Shown: one piece after another, positions 27,775 through 38,686 of the stretch | How the letters are laid out: the number at the start of each line of letters is the position of its first letter | How positions within the stretch are numbered: position 1 is the stretch's first letter | From: Alphaproteobacteria bacterium | Lineage (GTDB): Bacteria; Pseudomonadota; Alphaproteobacteria; GCA-2731375 | Assembly (NCBI GenBank): GCA_965232515.1 | Contig: CBDDPY010000002.1 | Span: 5,056,001-5,120,000 of the forward strand | DNA: 64,000 nt | Direction of reading: 5' to 3' | The notes under the pieces: generated by a model | Seen by the model: the letters and a program-made list of their open reading frames with translations, nothing else | Database searches by the model: none | What the model was told of the DNA's origin: nothing | Program-made: the position numbers and the translations under genes

Positions 27775-27807
27775 GCGTTTCTTGAGTTTGATTTCCGTGA
27801 GGTAACC

Positions 27808-28920
27808 ATGGCTTCGAACAAGCGTCTGTTGATGCTGCCGGGGGACGGCATCGGGCCGGAGGTGATGAGGGAAGTGCGACGCGTCATCGATTGGATGGAC
27901 AAGCGCCGCGCCGTCAGCTTCGACATTTCAGAGGATCTGGTCGGCGGCTCCGCAATCGATGCGCACGGCACGCCGCTGACCGACGAGACCATGAAAGCGG
28001 CCATGGAAGTCGACGCGGTCCTGCTGGGCGCGGTCGGCGGGCCCAAGTGGGACAGCCTGCCGTTCGAGCAGAAGCCCGAGCGCGGTCTCTTGCGGCTGCG
28101 CAAGGAGATGGACCTCTACGCCAACCTGCGGCCCGCCATGTGCTTCGACGCGCTGGTCGACGCATCGTCGCTGAAGCCCGAGCTGGTCAGCGGCCTCGAT
28201 ATCATGATCGTGCGCGAGCTGACGGCCGGCGTCTATTTCGGCGAGCCGCGCGGCATCGAGACCCTGCCGAACGGCCAGCGCAAGGGCATCAACACCCAGA
28301 CCTACACCACCAGCGAGATCCGCCGGGTCTGCCGCGTCGCTTTCGAGCTGGCGCAGAAGCGGGACAACCGGGTCTGCTCGGTCGAGAAGGCGAACGTCAT
28401 GGAATCGGGCGTGCTCTGGCGCGAAGAAGCGCAGTGGGTGCACGACCAGGAATTCGCCGATGTCGAGCTGAGCCACATGTATGCGGATAACTGCGCCATG
28501 CAGCTGGTGCGCGCGCCGAAGCAGTTCGACGTGATCGTCACCGATAACCTGTTCGGCGATATGCTGTCGGACTGCGCGGCCATGCTGACCGGCAGCCTCG
28601 GCATGCTGCCCTCGGCCTCGCTCGGCGACGTCGACGCGACCGGCCGCCGGCGGGCGCTGTTCGAGCCTGTGCACGGCTCTGCGCCGGATATTGCCGGACG
28701 GGATCTGGCCAACCCGATCGCCATGCTGTTGAGTTTCGCCATGGCGCTACGCTATTCGTTCGATCTGGCCGAAGACGCCGATCTGATCGAAACCGCGGTG
28801 CAGAATGTGCTTGCCGGTGGCCTGCGCACCGCCGATATCATGCAACCTGGCAAGGCCAAGGTCTCGACCAACGTCATGGGCGAGGCCCTGGTCGGTGAAC
28901 TGAACAAGCTGGCGGCCTGA
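27808..28920 (+). CDS. leuB: 3-isopropylmalate dehydrogenase
   Basis: [30 protein letters not shown]. Confidence 0.98.
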   Translation: MASNKRLLMLPGDGIGPEVMREVRRVIDWMDKRRAVSFDISEDLVGGSAIDAHGTPLTDETMKAAMEVDAVLLGAVGGPKWDSLPFEQKPERGLLRLRKEMDLYANLRPAMCFDALVDASSLKPELVSGLDIMIVRELTAGVYFGEPRGIETLPNGQRKGINTQTYTTSEIRRVCRVAFELAQKRDNRVCSVEKANVMESGVLWREEAQWVHDQEFADVELSHMYADNCAMQLVRAPKQFDVIVTDNLFGDMLSDCAAMLTGSLGMLPSASLGDVDATGRRRALFEPVHGSAPDIAGRDLANPIAMLLSFAMALRYSFDLAEDADLIETAVQNVLAGGLRTADIMQPGKAKVSTNVMGEALVGELNKLAA

Positions 28921-28945
28921 ACGCCGCCAATTGGAGACAGGAACA

Positions 28946-29968
28946 ATGGGTTACAAGGTCGCTGTCGTCGGCGCCACGGGCAACGTGGGCCGCGAAATGC
29001 TGAACATCCTGTCGGAACGTGGATTTCCGGCGGATGAGATCGTGCCGCTCGCCTCGCGGGCGTCGCTCGGCAAAGAGGTCTCGTTCGGCGACCAGACCCT
29101 GAAAACCAAGGACCTGGCCCAGTACGACTTCACCGGCACCGACGTCGCCCTGTTCTCGGCCGGCAGCGCCGTGTCCCAGGAATTCGGCCCCAAGGCGGCC
29201 GGCCAGGGCGCCGTCGTCATCGACAATGCGTCGCACTTCCGCATGGATCCGGACGTGCCGTTGATCGTGCCCGAGGTGAACGCCGCCGATATCGCCGGCT
29301 ACACCAAGCGCAACATCATCGCCAACCCGAACTGCTCGACGGCGCAGATGGTGGTGGCGCTGAAGCCGCTGCATGACCACGCCAAGATCCGTCGCGTCGT
29401 CGTCGCCACGTACCAGTCGGTCTCGGGCTCAGGCCGCGCGGCCATGGACGAGCTGTTCGTGCAGACCAAGGGCGTCTACGTGAACGACGACCCGACGCCG
29501 GACAAGCTGCCGCGGCAGATCGCCTTCAACGTGATTCCGCATTGCGATTCTTTCATGGACGACGGCTACACCAAGGAAGAATGGAAGATGGCGGCCGAGA
29601 CCAAGAAGATCCTCGACCCCAGCATCAAGGTCAGCGCCACCTGCGTGCGCGTGCCGGTCTTCGTCGGCCATTCGGAAGCGATCAATCTCGAGTTCGAGAA
29701 CGAGATCGATGTCGAGACCGCGCGCGAGATCCTGCGTGAGGCGCCGGGCTGCATGGTCGTCGACAGCCCCGAGGAAGAGAGCTACATCACGCCGATCGAT
29801 TGCGTTGGCGACTACGCCACCTTCATCAGCCGAATTCGCGTCGATCCGACCGTCGAGAATGGCCTGAATATCTGGGTCGTGTCGGACAATCTGCGCAAGG
29901 GCGCGGCGCTGAACGCGGTGCAGATCGCCGAGACGCTGACCGCGCGGCACCTGCAGAAAGCGGCCTGA
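28946..29968 (+). CDS. asd: Aspartate-semialdehyde dehydrogenase
   Basis: VVGATGNVG, IANPNCST, TYQSVSG, DNLRKGAALN. Confidence 0.98.
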   Translation: MGYKVAVVGATGNVGREMLNILSERGFPADEIVPLASRASLGKEVSFGDQTLKTKDLAQYDFTGTDVALFSAGSAVSQEFGPKAAGQGAVVIDNASHFRMDPDVPLIVPEVNAADIAGYTKRNIIANPNCSTAQMVVALKPLHDHAKIRRVVVATYQSVSGSGRAAMDELFVQTKGVYVNDDPTPDKLPRQIAFNVIPHCDSFMDDGYTKEEWKMAAETKKILDPSIKVSATCVRVPVFVGHSEAINLEFENEIDVETAREILREAPGCMVVDSPEEESYITPIDCVGDYATFISRIRVDPTVENGLNIWVVSDNLRKGAALNAVQIAETLTARHLQKAA

Positions 29969-30054
29969 TCGCTACCGCCTCGCGGGGAATTGAGGCTGCG
30001 CGAGGCGGCCGGCGGGTTAGGGTCGGCGCCGAACAGCGTGCTATAGGAAAAGCC

Positions 30055-30762
30055 ATGAAGCGTGCATTGACGGCGCTCGCGATCGCTTGGCTGGCGTTCG
30101 CCACCTCGGGCGCGGCGCGGGCCGCGGACTACGATTCCGCCATGTCGGCCTATCGCGGCGGCGACCATGCCGCGGCGTTGACGGCGTTCCAGACGCTTGC
30201 CGACGACGGCGATGCCCGGGCGCAGCTGGCGCTCGCCATCATGCATATCCGCGGCGAGGGCGTAGAGAAGGATCTGGCGAAGGCCGCCGAATGGTTCGGC
30301 AAGGCGGCCGACCAGGGCAATACCATGGCCCAGTTCCATCTGGGCCGGATGTATCTCGCCGGCGCCGGGGTCGACCGGAACCATGTCCAGGCGGCGGACC
30401 TGTTCAAGAAAGCGGCCGCCAGCGGCATGGTCGACGCCGAATACGCGCTCGCGGTGATTTACTCCCGGGGCGACGGCGGGGTGACGAAAGATCCCGCGCG
30501 GGCGGCCGGGCATTCGCGCACTGCCGCCGAGGCTGGCCTGCCGCAGGCCATGCTGCTGCTCTCCCAGATGCACCGGAACGGCGACGGCGTCGAGACCGAT
30601 CTGCCTGAAGCCTATTTCTGGGCCTTCATCGCGGCGCAGAACGGCATGCAGGGCGCGCGGGACGCGGTCAGGGAACTGGCCGATCAGGTCACGACCGAAG
30701 ACCGGATGGCCGCCGAACAGCGGGCGATCGAATTCGTGCCGAAACGGCCGCAGGCGAAGTAG
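30055..30762 (+). CDS. Secreted Sel1-repeat protein
   Basis: Signal peptide, repeated AQ..L..MY..G.GV..D...A..W units. Confidence 0.88.
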   Translation: MKRALTALAIAWLAFATSGAARAADYDSAMSAYRGGDHAAALTAFQTLADDGDARAQLALAIMHIRGEGVEKDLAKAAEWFGKAADQGNTMAQFHLGRMYLAGAGVDRNHVQAADLFKKAAASGMVDAEYALAVIYSRGDGGVTKDPARAAGHSRTAAEAGLPQAMLLLSQMHRNGDGVETDLPEAYFWAFIAAQNGMQGARDAVRELADQVTTEDRMAAEQRAIEFVPKRPQAK

Positions 30763-30799
30763 AAGCAATAGTCCGGCTACCGCCGAATCCTGATATCGG

Positions 30800-30906
30800 A
30801 TCCTTCGAGACGGTCCCTTCGGGACCTCCTCAGGATGAGGTAGGGTACTGATATCAATAACAAACCTCACCCTGAGGAGGCCGCGCAGCGGCCGTCTCGA
30901 AGGGTG
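30800..30906. repeat. Composite palindromic element (inverted REP pair plus AT-rich core), copy 1
   Basis: CCTTCGAGACG..CTCCTCAGGATGAGG / CCTCACCCTGAGGAG..CGTCTCGAAGG; core shared with 53185-53295. Confidence 0.85.
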
Positions 30907-30923
30907 CGCCGTCGGGTCGTGGT

Positions 30924-31757
30924 CTAACCGGACATGCGTTCGACTTGAAGGCGGAGTTCGGGTTCGACGAACCTGTCCTGGGTGTCGACCAGCAGCAGTT
31001 CGTGCGCGCCGGCAGCGTTGCTGGCGGCGATGACGTCGTGCGTGGCGGCCGCCGCGTGCGCCAGCGCCGCCGCGGGATCGGTCGATGTCAGGTAGCGCCC
31101 CACGAACAGAGCCGCGAACAGGTCGCCGGTGCCGTGCGGCGCGCTTGAGAACGCCGGCGCCCGGACGGCGAGCGTAGCGTTGCTGGTGTGCAGAAGCGTT
31201 GCGATCCGGTCGTCGTCAACTGTGGCCGAGGTGCAGACGACGATGCGGGGGCCGCGCGCGTGCAGGTCGGCCAGGGCGGCCGTGGGGTCATCGACCGGTC
31301 GACCGGTCAGCAAGGACAGTTCGAAGGCGTTCGGCGTGACGATGTCGCACTGCGGCAGCAGGCGGTCGCGCATGGCCTCCAGGATGCCGTCGGCGACGTA
31401 GACCCGGCCGGCGTCGCCCAGGATGGGATCGCAGCTCACCAGCACATTGGGGTTGGCGTCGCGGGCGCGGGCGATCGTCTCCAGCGCTATGTCGACGGTC
31501 TCCGGCGCGCCGACATAGCCGATATGCAGCGCGGCGCAATCGGCCAGCCAGCCGCGCTCGGCGACGCCGTCGAGCAGCGCTGTCAGCAGTGCGGGCGGGA
31601 CTGGCTCGCCGCGGAAGCCGTTATGGCCGGGATGGTTCGAGAACAGCACCGTTGGCGCGTGCCAGACCTCGTGCCCCAGCCGCTGCAGGGCCAGGATCGC
31701 GGCCTGGCCGCCGACATGGCCGTAAACCACATGGCTGGTGATGGCGAGGATCTGCAC
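30924..31757 (-). CDS. pdxY: Pyridoxal kinase
   Basis: ILAITSHVVYGHVG, FSNHPGH, CDPILGD, TPNAFEL, GTGDLF. Confidence 0.9.
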   Translation of the reverse strand: MQILAITSHVVYGHVGGQAAILALQRLGHEVWHAPTVLFSNHPGHNGFRGEPVPPALLTALLDGVAERGWLADCAALHIGYVGAPETVDIALETIARARDANPNVLVSCDPILGDAGRVYVADGILEAMRDRLLPQCDIVTPNAFELSLLTGRPVDDPTAALADLHARGPRIVVCTSATVDDDRIATLLHTSNATLAVRAPAFSSAPHGTGDLFAALFVGRYLTSTDPAAALAHAAAATHDVIAASNAAGAHELLLVDTQDRFVEPELRLQVERMSG

Positions 31758-31770
31758 GCGCGCTGGCCGC

Positions 31771-32343
31771 TCAGGCCGCGTCGGAGGGCAGGCCGATCGG
31801 GCAGTTGGCCTCGCGGCTGACCAGATCGAAAACGAACAGGAACTTCGCCATGCCGGTCAGCACGGCGCAGACCACGCCGAGCTCGAAGATCTGGCCGTCG
31901 TCGAAATGCGCCCGCAGCATCTCGTAGAGCGGACCGTCCAGATGCCCGTCCATATTGGTCATCTCGATCTGCTCACAGAGCCGCAGCACGGCCCGGTCGC
32001 GCGCGTCGAACACGTCCGAATCCGGATCGGTGAGGGCGTCGATCTGATCCTGCGTGACGCCTGCCGCCAGCGCCGCCTTGCTGTTGCCGCGGTTGCAGAA
32101 GGCGCAGCCGTGCATGACCGACAGCTTGAGCCGCGCCAGTTCCTTGGTGCGGCGGTCGACCCGGCCCTCGCGGAACAGGCCGCCGTAGAAGCCGTTGTAG
32201 TACCAGTCCAGCACGTCGGGCGCGTTGGCCGCGGCCTCGAAGAACACGGCCTCGTCGCGGTCGCGCATGGCGGTGTCCCAGAGCTCGCCGATCTCGGCCG
32301 GCATGTCGCCGCGAGGCACAAGATTGATGAAGGGGTTCGGCAT
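31771..32343 (-). CDS. Carboxymuconolactone decarboxylase / AhpD-like protein
   Basis: GRVDRRTKELARLKLS..HGCAFC; LRAHFDDGQIFEL. Confidence 0.8.
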   Translation of the reverse strand: MPNPFINLVPRGDMPAEIGELWDTAMRDRDEAVFFEAAANAPDVLDWYYNGFYGGLFREGRVDRRTKELARLKLSVMHGCAFCNRGNSKAALAAGVTQDQIDALTDPDSDVFDARDRAVLRLCEQIEMTNMDGHLDGPLYEMLRAHFDDGQIFELGVVCAVLTGMAKFLFVFDLVSREANCPIGLPSDAA

Positions 32344-32428
32344 AGGCGTCTCCGTCGGTCGATGGCGTCGCCAACAGTAGCGCATGCCGCCCGGCTGTCG
32401 GTAGAGTGGTCGGCGACGGGAGATTGAT

Positions 32429-33286
32429 ATGGCGACCTTCAAACGGCCGGCGCGGACGGGGCGGGTCACGCTGCCGGGCGTGGACATGCATTATCTCGAC
32501 TGGCCGGAACGCGCGCCGGGCGGCGTGCCGATCGTGCTGCTGCATCCGAACCGGACCAACGCCCGGGTGTTCGACTTCGTGGTCGAGGCCAGCCGTCTCG
32601 GCAACCGCTTCGTCGCCCCGGATCAGCGCGGCCACGGTCGCTCGTCCTTTCCGGACGCGGGCTACCAGCTCGACGACTATGTCGCGGACGATCTGGCATT
32701 CCTCGACGCCCTCGACCTGCCGCGCGTCGTGCTGGTCGGCGCCGCGACCGGCGGCAATCTGGCGCTGCTGATCGCCTCGCGCTATCCGGCGCGGGTCGCC
32801 GGCTTGGTCGTGGCCGATCCCGGCCTGTCGCTGGATCCCGCCATCAACGCCCGGGTGCAGGCGCAGATCGCCGACGAGCACACCTTTCCCGATCTCGCTG
32901 CGGCCAGGGCGCGCATGCCGTTCAGCGATCGCTGGTCCGAGGCGATGCGTGAACACTATGCCGCGCACAGCTTCGCGGTCTCCGACACGGGCGAAGCGAC
33001 CTGGCGCTACAAGCAGGCGGCGGCGCAGGAAACGGAAGCCGCGTTGGAGGCCGACATGTGGGACGCCATCGACGTGACCTGCCCGGCGCTGCTGCTGCGC
33101 GGCGCCCATTCCGAGGTGTTCCCGGCGGACAAGATGGATCGGTTGGCAGAGATCATCCCGCAGGCCTCCGTCGTCGCCGTCGACGGCTGCGACCACCGCA
33201 TCAGCCAGGACAACCCGGACGAGATGGCGCGGCTGCTGGACGATTTCGTCGAAGCCAGCGGCCTTGCCGCCGGAGGGGCGCCATGA
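32429..33286 (+). CDS. Alpha/beta-hydrolase-fold protein with atypical nucleophile elbow
   Basis: APDQRGHGRS, VVLVGAATGG, CPALLLRG..S, GCDHRI. Confidence 0.85.
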   Translation: MATFKRPARTGRVTLPGVDMHYLDWPERAPGGVPIVLLHPNRTNARVFDFVVEASRLGNRFVAPDQRGHGRSSFPDAGYQLDDYVADDLAFLDALDLPRVVLVGAATGGNLALLIASRYPARVAGLVVADPGLSLDPAINARVQAQIADEHTFPDLAAARARMPFSDRWSEAMREHYAAHSFAVSDTGEATWRYKQAAAQETEAALEADMWDAIDVTCPALLLRGAHSEVFPADKMDRLAEIIPQASVVAVDGCDHRISQDNPDEMARLLDDFVEASGLAAGGAP

Positions 33287-34155
33287 CCGCCTTTCACCCG
33301 CGCCGCAGCGTGCTCTACATGCCGGGCTCCAACGCCCGGGCGCTGGAGAAGGCGAAGACCCTGCCGGCGGATTCGCTGATCCTGGATCTGGAGGACGCCG
33401 TCGCGCCGGACGCCAAGGCGGACGCGCGCGAGCGGGTCTGCGCCGCTGTCCGGCAGGGCGGCTACGGTCCGCGCGAACTGGTGATCCGGGTGAACGGGTT
33501 AGACGGCGAATGGGGACCGGACGACCTGACGGCCGCGGCGCAGACGCCGGTCGACGCAATCTTGCTGCCCAAGGTCGAGAGCGCGGCGCAGGTGGCGCGG
33601 GCCGAGGCGACGCTCAATGCCCAGGCCGGCAATGCCGACATCGCGATCTGGTGCATGCTGGAAACGCCGCTCGGCGTCCTGCATGCCGAATCGATCGCAG
33701 CGAGCCGGCGCGTCGACTGTCTGGTGATGGGAACGTCCGATCTGGTCAAGGACCTGCGCGCGCGGCACACCACGACCCGCCTGCCGGTGCTGACCAGCCT
33801 GTCTTTCTGTCTGCTGGCGGCGCGCGCCTACGATTGCGCCATTCTCGACGGCGTGCACCTCGATCTCGCCGACGAGGACGGATTCGCCGGGGCCTGCCGC
33901 CAGGGCCGCGACCTGGGCTTCGACGGCAAGACGCTGATCCACCCCAAGCAGATCGCCGCGGCCAACGAGATCTTCGCGCCGGACGACGACGAGGTCGAGC
34001 AGGCGCACGCCATCATCGCCGTCTTCGAAGCGGCGCAGCGCGAAGGCAAGGGCGTGGCGTTGCTGGACGGTCGTCTGGTTGAGAACCTGCATGTCGAGAA
34101 CGCCCGCCGGACGCTCGCGCTGGCGGCTGCAATCGCCGCGCGGCGGGACGACTAG
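33283..34155 (+). CDS. CitE/HpcH family CoA-ester lyase (malyl-CoA lyase/thioesterase-like)
   Basis: RRSVLYMPG, LDLEDAVAP, ILLPKVES, GFDGKTLIHPKQI. Confidence 0.9.
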   Translation: MTAFHPRRSVLYMPGSNARALEKAKTLPADSLILDLEDAVAPDAKADARERVCAAVRQGGYGPRELVIRVNGLDGEWGPDDLTAAAQTPVDAILLPKVESAAQVARAEATLNAQAGNADIAIWCMLETPLGVLHAESIAASRRVDCLVMGTSDLVKDLRARHTTTRLPVLTSLSFCLLAARAYDCAILDGVHLDLADEDGFAGACRQGRDLGFDGKTLIHPKQIAAANEIFAPDDDEVEQAHAIIAVFEAAQREGKGVALLDGRLVENLHVENARRTLALAAAIAARRDD

Positions 34156-34284
34156 AAACGCCACCCCGGTTTGCGTGTATTCGCCGGTTTGTGTTTCGCG
34201 GGGACGCTAATCGATGGCGAATGACTTGCCCGCAACTGTGCGCCGGTCTAAGTATCTCAATGCGTTAGTCGCCGTCTGCGTCGT

Positions 34285-34312
34285 TTGACTTGCCCCTGCC
34301 AGGGTCTAGAAT
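34285..34312 (+). promoter_or_regulatory. Sigma70-type promoter of the sdh operon
   Basis: TTGACT-N16-TAGAAT, 65 bp upstream of sdhC. Confidence 0.6.
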
Positions 34313-34377
34313 GCGGCCTCCGGCGGCGGTCTAATCACCACACCAATTCCGCATGCCGAGGTTTCTGAGGGGGAAAC

Positions 34378-34773
34378 ATGGCAACCCAAGATCGACCTTT
34401 ATCGCCGCATCTGCAGGTCTACCGGCCGCAGATTACGTCGATGCTTTCGATCCTGCATCGTGTCACCGGCGTCGGCCTCGGCGTGGGGACGCTGCTGATC
34501 GCCTGGTGGCTGATCGCGGCGGCGACGGGGCCGGAGGCGTTCGAGACGGCGCAGGCCTTTCTCGGCTCGTGGTTCGGCCGGCTGATTCTGTTCGGCTTCA
34601 CCTGGGCGCTGTTTTACCACCTGTGCAACGGCATCCGGCATCTGGTCTGGGACGCGGGCTACGGCTACGACCTCGACAGCGTCACCAAAACCGGCTGGCT
34701 GGTTCTCGTGGCTTCGGTGGTGCTGACGGTGCTGGCCTGGATCGCCGGCTATGGCATGCGGGGGGCGCTATGA
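34378..34773 (+). CDS. sdhC: Succinate dehydrogenase cytochrome b556 subunit
   Basis: RPLSPHLQVY, SILHRVTG, HLCNGIRHL.WD. Confidence 0.97.
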   Translation: MATQDRPLSPHLQVYRPQITSMLSILHRVTGVGLGVGTLLIAWWLIAAATGPEAFETAQAFLGSWFGRLILFGFTWALFYHLCNGIRHLVWDAGYGYDLDSVTKTGWLVLVASVVLTVLAWIAGYGMRGAL

Positions 34774-35156
34774 GCGACAGTCTGCGCACGCCGCTCTCGC
34801 GGGTCACCGGCCTCGGCTCGGCGAAGGACGGCACCCATCACTGGTGGATGCAGCGGCTGACGGCGATCGCGCTGGTGCCGCTGACCTTCTGGTTCGTGGC
34901 CTCGCTCGCCTCGTTGGTTGGCGCGGACCGCGATCAGGTGGCCGACTGGATGGCAGGCCCCCTGCCGGCGCTGCTGATGATCCTGTTCCTTGGCACGGCC
35001 TTCTACCATTTCAAGCTGGGCCTGCAGGTGGTGATCGAGGATTACGTCCACTCCGAGTGGATGAAGATCACGCTGCTGGTCCTGAACAATTTCTTCTGCA
35101 TCGCGCTCGGCGGCGCCTGTGTGCTGTCCGTGCTGCTGCTGCTGTTTGGAGGCTGA
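34770..35156 (+). CDS. sdhD: Succinate dehydrogenase anchor subunit
   Basis: GLGSAKDGTHHWWMQRLTA, LGLQVVIEDYVH. Confidence 0.97.
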   Translation: MSDSLRTPLSRVTGLGSAKDGTHHWWMQRLTAIALVPLTFWFVASLASLVGADRDQVADWMAGPLPALLMILFLGTAFYHFKLGLQVVIEDYVHSEWMKITLLVLNNFFCIALGGACVLSVLLLLFGG

Positions 35157-35159
35157 GCC

Positions 35160-36947
35160 ATGGCCGAAGCCTATCCGATCACCGATCACTACTATGACGT
35201 CGTCGTCGTCGGCGCCGGCGGCTCTGGTCTGCGCGCGACCATGGGCATGGCCCAGGCCGGCCTGAAGACGGCCTGCATCACCAAGGTCTTCCCGACCCGT
35301 AGCCATACGGTGGCGGCGCAGGGCGGGATTTCCGCCGCGCTCGGCAATATGGGCGAGGACGACTGGCGCTGGCACATGTACGACACCGTCAAGGGCGCCG
35401 ACTGGCTCGGCGACCAGGACGCCATCGAATACATGTGCCGCGAGGCGCCAAACGCGGTGATCGAGCTCGAGCATCTGGGCGTGCCGTTCAGCCGCACCGA
35501 GGACGGCAAGATCTATCAGCGCGCCTTCGGCGGCATGACCACGCGGTTCGGCGAGGGCACGGCCCAGCGCACTTGCGCGGCGGCCGACCGCACGGGCCAC
35601 GCGATCCTGCACACGCTCTATCAGCAGTCGCTGCGCTACGACACCGACTTCTTCATCGAGTATTTCGCGCTCGACCTGATCATGGACGGCGATGTCTGCC
35701 GCGGCGTCATGGCCTGGTGCCTGGACGACGGCACCATTCACCGCTTCCGCGCGCACATGGTGGTACTGGCGACGGGCGGTTACGGCCGCTGCTATTTCTC
35801 CGCGACCTCGGCGCATACCTGCACGGGCGACGGAAACGCCATGGCCTTGCGGGCCGGCCTGCCGCTGCAGGACATGGAGTTCGTGCAGTTCCACCCGACC
35901 GGCATCTACGGCGCCGGCTGCCTGATCACCGAGGGTTCGCGCGGCGAGGGCGGTTTCCTGGTCAATTCCGAGGGCGAGCGCTTCATGGAACGCTACGCGC
36001 CCAGCGCCAAGGACCTGGCCTCGCGCGACGTGGTCAGTCGCTCGATGACGGTCGAGATCCGCGAGGGCCGCGGCGTCGGTCCGGAGAAGGACCATATCCT
36101 GCTGCACCTCGATCACCTGGATCCGAAGATCCTGGAGGAGCGGCTGCCCGGCATTTCGGAATCGGCGCGCATTTTCGCCGGGGTCGACGTGACCAAGGAG
36201 CCGATCCCGGTGCTGCCGACCGTGCACTACAACATGGGCGGCGTGCCCTGTAACTACTGGGGCGAGGTGGTCACGCTGAAAGACGGTAACCCCGACACCA
36301 TCGTGCCGGGCCTGATGGCCGTCGGCGAGGCGGCCTGCGTTTCGGTGCACGGCGCTAACCGGCTGGGCTCGAACTCGCTTATCGACCTCGTCGTGTTCGG
36401 CCGGGCCGCGGCCAAGCGCGCCGCCGAGGTGGTGACGGCCGGATCGCCGCATCCCGACATGACGAACGGCGCCGGCGAGGAGAGCCTGGCGCACCTCGAC
36501 AAGCTGCGCCATGCCGACGGCGGCACGCCGACGGCGGAGATCCGCCTGAAGATGCAACGCACGATGCAGAGCAACTGCGCCGTGTTCCGCACCGGCGATG
36601 TCCTGGAAGAGGGCGAAAAGCTGATCAACGAGGTCTGGAGCATGATGCCGGACATCAGGGTCAGCGACCGCACCATGATCTGGAACTCGGATCTGGTCGA
36701 GACGCTGGAGCTGGACAACCTGATCCGGCAGGCGCTGGTGACCATGAAGTCGGCCGTGAACCGGCCCGAGAGCCGGGGCGCGCATGCCCGCGAGGACTAT
36801 CCGGACCGGGACGACGACGAGTGGATGAAGCACACGCTCGCCTGGCTCGGCGACGGCGGCGACGTGAACCTCGACTACCGGCCGGTGCATACCTACACGT
36901 TGACCAACGACGTGCAGTATTTCCCGCCGAAGCCGCGCGTCTACTAG
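35160..36947 (+). CDS. sdhA: Succinate dehydrogenase flavoprotein
   Basis: [27 protein letters not shown]. Confidence 0.99.
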   Translation: MAEAYPITDHYYDVVVVGAGGSGLRATMGMAQAGLKTACITKVFPTRSHTVAAQGGISAALGNMGEDDWRWHMYDTVKGADWLGDQDAIEYMCREAPNAVIELEHLGVPFSRTEDGKIYQRAFGGMTTRFGEGTAQRTCAAADRTGHAILHTLYQQSLRYDTDFFIEYFALDLIMDGDVCRGVMAWCLDDGTIHRFRAHMVVLATGGYGRCYFSATSAHTCTGDGNAMALRAGLPLQDMEFVQFHPTGIYGAGCLITEGSRGEGGFLVNSEGERFMERYAPSAKDLASRDVVSRSMTVEIREGRGVGPEKDHILLHLDHLDPKILEERLPGISESARIFAGVDVTKEPIPVLPTVHYNMGGVPCNYWGEVVTLKDGNPDTIVPGLMAVGEAACVSVHGANRLGSNSLIDLVVFGRAAAKRAAEVVTAGSPHPDMTNGAGEESLAHLDKLRHADGGTPTAEIRLKMQRTMQSNCAVFRTGDVLEEGEKLINEVWSMMPDIRVSDRTMIWNSDLVETLELDNLIRQALVTMKSAVNRPESRGAHAREDYPDRDDDEWMKHTLAWLGDGGDVNLDYRPVHTYTLTNDVQYFPPKPRVY

Positions 36948-36965
36948 AGGGGCAGAGGGAAAATC

Positions 36966-37748
36966 ATGGTTGAGTTCAGCCTGCCGGCCAACTCGAAGAT
37001 CGTCGAAGGCACCAAGCATCCGGCGCCCAGCGGGGCCACCAACACCCGCACCTTCAAGGTCTATCGGTACAATCCCGAGGACGGTAAAAATCCGCATGTC
37101 GACACCTACGAGGTCGACCTCGACACTTGCGGGCCGATGGTGCTCGACGCGCTGATCAAGATCAAGAACGAGATCGATCCGACGCTGACCTTCCGGCGAT
37201 CCTGCCGCGAGGGTATCTGCGGCTCCTGCGCCATGAACATCGACGGCTTCAACACGCTGGCCTGCACCTGGGCGATCGGCGACATCAAGGGCGACGTCAA
37301 GGTCTACCCGCTGCCGCACATGCCGGTGATCAAGGACCTGGTGCCGGATCTGACCAACTTCTACGCGCAGTACGCCTCGATCGAGCCCTGGATGAAGACC
37401 AAGTCGCCGCTGCCGCCGGGCAAGGAACGGCTGCAGAGCCGCGACGACCGGGCGAAGCTCGACGGTCTTTATGAGTGCATCCTCTGCGCCTGTTGCTCGA
37501 CCTCGTGCCCGAGCTATTGGTGGAACGGTGACCGCTATCTGGGCCCGGCCATTCTGCTGCAGGCCTATCGCTGCCTGATCGACAGCCGCGACGAGGCGAC
37601 GGGCGAACGCCTGGACGATCTGGAAGACCCGTTCCGGCTCTACCGCTGCCACACCATCATGAACTGCGCCAAGACCTGCCCGAAGGGCCTGAACCCGGCG
37701 AAAGCCATCGCCGAGATCAAGAAGATGATGGTCGCGCGCACGCTCTGA
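36966..37748 (+). CDS. sdhB: Succinate dehydrogenase iron-sulfur subunit
   Basis: [32 protein letters not shown]. Confidence 0.99.
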   Translation: MVEFSLPANSKIVEGTKHPAPSGATNTRTFKVYRYNPEDGKNPHVDTYEVDLDTCGPMVLDALIKIKNEIDPTLTFRRSCREGICGSCAMNIDGFNTLACTWAIGDIKGDVKVYPLPHMPVIKDLVPDLTNFYAQYASIEPWMKTKSPLPPGKERLQSRDDRAKLDGLYECILCACCSTSCPSYWWNGDRYLGPAILLQAYRCLIDSRDEATGERLDDLEDPFRLYRCHTIMNCAKTCPKGLNPAKAIAEIKKMMVARTL

Positions 37749-37776
37749 CACGGCGGCAATAAACAAAGGCCTCAAT

Positions 37777-37808
37777 GCGGCGCCGGTTATCTCCGGCGCC
37801 GCTGTTTT
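37777..37808 (+). terminator. Rho-independent terminator after sdhB
   Basis: GCGGCGCCGG-TTATCT-CCGGCGCCGC-TGTTTT. Confidence 0.75.
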
Positions 37809-37870
37809 ATGCGCGCGTTAAGAACCGGCATGCGCTGTGCTAAGCTTGCCGAAAGCCGACGATAACGAGG

Positions 37871-38671
37871 GTGGAAACGATGCTTCTGACCGACGCGCAG
37901 CGCCGCGAGTTCGACGAACGCGGCTATCTGTTCCTGCCCGAGTTGTTCTCGGCCGAAGAGGTCGCTGTCATGCGGGCGGAGCTGCCGGGCATCAACGCGC
38001 GGCAGGGGCCCGAAATCGTGCGCGAGAAGGACGGCAAGGCGCTCCGCACCGCTTTCGCCGCGCATACCTATAACGACACCTTCGCCAAGCTAGCCCGTCA
38101 TCCGCGCATCGCCGAGCCGGCGCAACAGCTGCTCGGCGGCGATGTCTACATCCACCAGTTCAAGGTCAACGGCAAGGCCGCCTTCGACGGCGACGTCTGG
38201 CAATGGCATCAGGACTACGGCGTCTGGCAGCGCGACGACGATATGCCGGAAGCCAAGGGCATGAACCTGGCGGTGTTCCTGGACGAGGTGACGCCGCTGA
38301 ACGGTCCACTGCTGTTCATTCCCGGCAGCCACAAGCGCGGCGTCTATGAGGCCGGCCACGACGTCGAGACCACGAGCTATCCGCTCTGGACCATCGACCA
38401 CGACACCATCACGCGGCTGGCCGACGAAGGCGGCATCGTCGCGCCCACGGGACCGGCCGGCTCCGGCCTGTTCTTCCACTGCAACCTGGTGCACGGCTCG
38501 CCCAGCAACATGACGCCCTGGGGCCGGACCATCGTCTATATCAGCGCCAACCGGACCGACAACGCCATCCGCCGGTTCAAGCGGCCGGAATATATCGCGC
38601 ACCGAGATTTCACGGCTATCGAGCCGCTATCCGACGACTGCCTGCTGCGGACCGGCGACGCCGCCGCCTGA
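37871..38671 (+). CDS. PhyH-family 2-oxoglutarate/Fe(II) dioxygenase (alternative ATG at 37880)
   Basis: WQWHQDY (HxD), NGPLLFIPGSH, FHCNLVHGS..N, distal Arg. Confidence 0.9.
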   Translation: METMLLTDAQRREFDERGYLFLPELFSAEEVAVMRAELPGINARQGPEIVREKDGKALRTAFAAHTYNDTFAKLARHPRIAEPAQQLLGGDVYIHQFKVNGKAAFDGDVWQWHQDYGVWQRDDDMPEAKGMNLAVFLDEVTPLNGPLLFIPGSHKRGVYEAGHDVETTSYPLWTIDHDTITRLADEGGIVAPTGPAGSGLFFHCNLVHGSPSNMTPWGRTIVYISANRTDNAIRRFKRPEYIAHRDFTAIEPLSDDCLLRTGDAAA

Positions 38672-38686
38672 CCGGACGGCGACCTC

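Noticed and set aside
34749-37775. 1008-aa minus-strand ORF and many other long antisense or overlapping ORFs (e.g. 21921..23459, 40912..42906, 47315..49249, 60979..63015)
   Set aside because: Shadow frames of well-recognised genes in high-GC DNA; no motifs of their own.
37871-38671. Ectoine hydroxylase ectD
   Set aside because: Lacks the EctD signature and no ectABC or eut genes are adjacent.
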